From an uncultured SAR86 cluster bacterium (GTDB taxonomy: Bacteria; Pseudomonadota; Gammaproteobacteria; Magnimaribacterales; D2472), in the NCBI GenBank assembly GCA_902591925.1, contig CACJCN010000004.1, positions 92,869 through 156,868 of the forward strand: DNA of 64,000 nucleotides, given 5' to 3'. How positions within the stretch are numbered: position 1 is the stretch's first letter; each line of letters starts with the position of its first letter. Positions 61,069-64,000 of this stretch are shown in pieces. A program made the position numbers and the translations under genes. The notes under the pieces were generated by a model. That model was given only the letters and a program-made list of their open reading frames with translations. It did no database searches and was not told where the DNA came from.

Positions 61069-63891
61069 ATGTTTAAAATAAAAAATTATTTATTTGCAGT
61101 TCTTGTGCTTTCATTTGGTGTTTTAAATATCAATGTTGCAGCTCAAGAAGCATCTGCAGATGAAAATGTAGAAGAAGTTGTAATAACTGGTTCTAGGATA
61201 AAAAGAGATTCTTTGAATAGTGCCGCACAAGTTACAGTTATCACAAGTGAGGATATTGACGCTTCATCTGGATTGATAGCTGCCGACGTTCTTAGACAAT
61301 CCATATATAATTCTTTTGGATCCACTGCCCCAACAGCCGGTAGTAGCGCTATGAGTAACGCTACTATTAGTATGCGGGGACTGGGTTCTTCAAGAACTTT
61401 AATATTGATGGATGGTAGAAGAATGCCTGGTTCTCCACATCTTGGTGGATCTGGTGCAACTAACATCAACATGATACCTACTGTTGCAATTGACAGAATT
61501 GAAATATTGGCTGATGGAGCTTCATCAGTTTATGGATCTGATGCGATTGCTGGTGTTATCAATGTTATTACAAAAAAAGGTTTCGACGGAGCTGAATTCA
61601 ATTTCAGACGTGGAGATAGAGATAGAGATGATGGTGAAGAAAACTCAGTTTCTTTCCTTTATGGCGCTACTAATGACAAAGGTTATGTAACAGTAATGGT
61701 AGAGCATGATGAAAGAGATGAAATATACCTAAAAGATAGATGGTATACACAAGCAAGAGCCAACGATACTGATGGTGATGGCGTTGTGAACATGTATCAA
61801 GAATCTTATGGTATCAGTTGGTATTCTCAAAACCTTGCAGATCCTGTAACAGGTGATCTTTTTGCAGCACCTACATGTCCGGGTTCTATGGACAATCCAG
61901 TAGATGGATGGTGGGGACCTAATTTTGGTGGTGCAGTATTTGGTCAAGGTGGTACTGTTACTCCAACATATCCTGGTGCACAGCCAACTGGAATGTGCGG
62001 ATATGCTTGGGCTGACATTATGGTTGCTGATGCTGCAACATTTAGAGACAGCATAACAACTAACATTGAATACAATATCAATGATGATTTTTCATTATAT
62101 TCAAGAGTTAATCTTCTAAGAAACGAGTCTACTGGTAGGTTTGCTCCTCCAGCAGCTGGATATCCTGGAATTTTAGCTACAGATCCTGCTAACCCTTACG
62201 ATGAGCCAGTACAAGGCTATTGGAGATGGACAGGTATTGGTAACCGTGGCATGCACTTTGTTGATAACGGCATGGATGCAGTGTTCGAATTGACTTACAG
62301 AGTTAACGACAACATAGAGGTTGTTGCTGGTACCCAGTACAACAAATTTTATGGTACTGATATTGGTAGATATTACCTAGACTATGCTGGATTAGATTCT
62401 AATCTATATAACGATGAGCCATTTGGTTCAGAAGCTGGTTTAGCAGCTATGTCTGCAACTACTCTAGTTGAATACACAAATCACTACGAGAAACAAGATG
62501 TCGTTGTTCAGTTTGATAACGTTGCTGATTTACCAGGTGGATCAGTTCAAGCACTTGTTGGTGTTGAGCAAATTGAGAACAGATATTCAGCTGAATATGA
62601 CAAGCATTCAGAAGGTGGACTTGTAGGTGGTTCTGCTGGTAATTCAGGTTTTGGAAACAGAACTATTGATTCAATATTTGGTGAAGTTTTACTCCCAGTA
62701 ATGGATAATTTAGAAGTTACTGCGTCATTCAGAAGAGATGATTATTCTGATGTTGGTGAAGCTGATTCATTTAAGTTAGGTGCTTTATGGACTCCTGTAG
62801 AAGGTACTGTTGTTAAATTCAATACTGGTGAAGGATTCAGAGCTCCTACAATGGATGATTTATATGGAGCAACTACATTTAGTGCTAACACTGCAACTGA
62901 CTATGTTGCTTGTGCTGCTGCTGGTGTTTCTGCTGCAGATTGTTCATCAAAACAAATATCAACATTAATAACTGCTAATCCTAACTTAGGTCCTGAGACT
63001 TCTGAAGGATTCACAATGAGCGTAGAGCAAGATATGGGAATGCTTGTTGATGCACTAGATGGATTAACAGTCAGATTTGATTATTATGAAATTACAGTTA
63101 TGGATGCAATTTCATCAGTTAGTACTCAAGACGTAATGTGGAATGAGTATGTTGGTGGTTCAGCATTATCTAACACTGTTAATTTTTATGATTCAGATGG
63201 AGTTGGTTCAGATGGAAGTGCTGCTGGTAATCCAGTAGGTACTGGAACAGTTGGTGATGCATGTCCTGCTGGAGCAACATATTACAGTACTGTAGGTAAT
63301 GATCCTGCAATTTATTCAACAAGATCTTGTGCTAACGGTCGTGTAGACTATGTTGGTGCAGGTTTCACAAACGTTGGTGAAATTGAAGTTATTGGTTATG
63401 ACCTATTTGTAGGTTATATGAGAGATGTTGGTCCTGGTACCATGTCTGTTCAGGTAGATTACACTTCAATGGATGAATACAATACTGATTCATTTACAGG
63501 TAGTAACCAAACAACTAACAATGTTGGTTTCTCAGGTCAACCTGAAATGAGAAATAACATCACAGTTGGTTATGCTTGGGATGCATATAGCGTTGCATTA
63601 ACTCAGAGAACTATCGGAGGAGATTACTATCTCTCATCTGATGCTGAAACAGATGCACAAGGTAACCCAACAGGCGGAATTGTAAAAGATGGTGACATAC
63701 AAGATGATTACAGTGCTCTTGATCTTCAGATTAGAGCTGACCTAGGTAATTATGGTGTTGTTACATATGGAATGTTTAATGTTGAGGATAATGATCCTTT
63801 ACCAGGACGTAATAATAATTATGAAACCTACTTAGACCTTTACGGTAATTCAGGTTTAATTACATACGTCAAATGGAACATTAAGTTCTAA
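61069..63891 (+). CDS. TonB-dependent receptor
   Basis: CAGGGGA SD before ATG 61069; signal peptide, EEVVITGSRI, RGLGSSRTLILMDGRR, IDRIEILADGASSVYGSDA, terminal Phe. Confidence 0.93.
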   Translation: MFKIKNYLFAVLVLSFGVLNINVAAQEASADENVEEVVITGSRIKRDSLNSAAQVTVITSEDIDASSGLIAADVLRQSIYNSFGSTAPTAGSSAMSNATISMRGLGSSRTLILMDGRRMPGSPHLGGSGATNINMIPTVAIDRIEILADGASSVYGSDAIAGVINVITKKGFDGAEFNFRRGDRDRDDGEENSVSFLYGATNDKGYVTVMVEHDERDEIYLKDRWYTQARANDTDGDGVVNMYQESYGISWYSQNLADPVTGDLFAAPTCPGSMDNPVDGWWGPNFGGAVFGQGGTVTPTYPGAQPTGMCGYAWADIMVADAATFRDSITTNIEYNINDDFSLYSRVNLLRNESTGRFAPPAAGYPGILATDPANPYDEPVQGYWRWTGIGNRGMHFVDNGMDAVFELTYRVNDNIEVVAGTQYNKFYGTDIGRYYLDYAGLDSNLYNDEPFGSEAGLAAMSATTLVEYTNHYEKQDVVVQFDNVADLPGGSVQALVGVEQIENRYSAEYDKHSEGGLVGGSAGNSGFGNRTIDSIFGEVLLPVMDNLEVTASFRRDDYSDVGEADSFKLGALWTPVEGTVVKFNTGEGFRAPTMDDLYGATTFSANTATDYVACAAAGVSAADCSSKQISTLITANPNLGPETSEGFTMSVEQDMGMLVDALDGLTVRFDYYEITVMDAISSVSTQDVMWNEYVGGSALSNTVNFYDSDGVGSDGSAAGNPVGTGTVGDACPAGATYYSTVGNDPAIYSTRSCANGRVDYVGAGFTNVGEIEVIGYDLFVGYMRDVGPGTMSVQVDYTSMDEYNTDSFTGSNQTTNNVGFSGQPEMRNNITVGYAWDAYSVALTQRTIGGDYYLSSDAETDAQGNPTGGIVKDGDIQDDYSALDLQIRADLGNYGVVTYGMFNVEDNDPLPGRNNNYETYLDLYGNSGLITYVKWNIKF

Positions 63892-63908
63892 AATATCTTT
63901 TTAAGATT

Positions 63909-63937
63909 AAAAGGCCGGATTATCCGGCCTTTTTTTT
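63909..63937 (+). terminator. Intrinsic terminator after TonB receptor 2
   Basis: AAAAGGCCGGA-TTA-TCCGGCCTTTTTTTT. Confidence 0.9.
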
Positions 63938-64000
63938 ATTTATAGATTAAAATATTACAATTAAAACTATATGTAAAATTGAACATTAAAACCTTTAAAG

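Overview
AT-rich, densely packed, streamlined bacterial chromosome segment. Gene content and order (folD-tRNAs-tig-clpP-clpX-lon-hupB-ppiD; purM/purN-DUF2066-hda; mltD-gloB-rnhA-dnaQ), tiny spacers and two large TonB-dependent receptors suggest a marine gammaproteobacterium, most like SAR86 (inference, no search run). About 62 CDS, mostly housekeeping, and six tRNAs (Val-GAC, Val-TAC, Asp, Pro, Arg, His). I saw no CRISPR array, rRNA, integrase or transposase. Best leads: (1) a TonB receptor / DASS transporter / GGT-family cluster whose GGT has lost the residues that bind the glutamate alpha-amino group, including a natural equivalent of E. coli D433N, pointing to a glutaryl/succinyl amidase feeding a dicarboxylate transporter; (2) many predicted leaderless mRNAs, including divergent gene pairs sharing 17-22 bp bidirectional promoters; (3) slippery A-runs in dnaX placed to yield a gamma subunit; (4) a ROSE-like thermometer before hsp20; (5) a 1-nt frameshift in folD; (6) a motif shared at the predicted start sites of both TonB receptor transcripts. 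All family calls come from motif recognition by eye.
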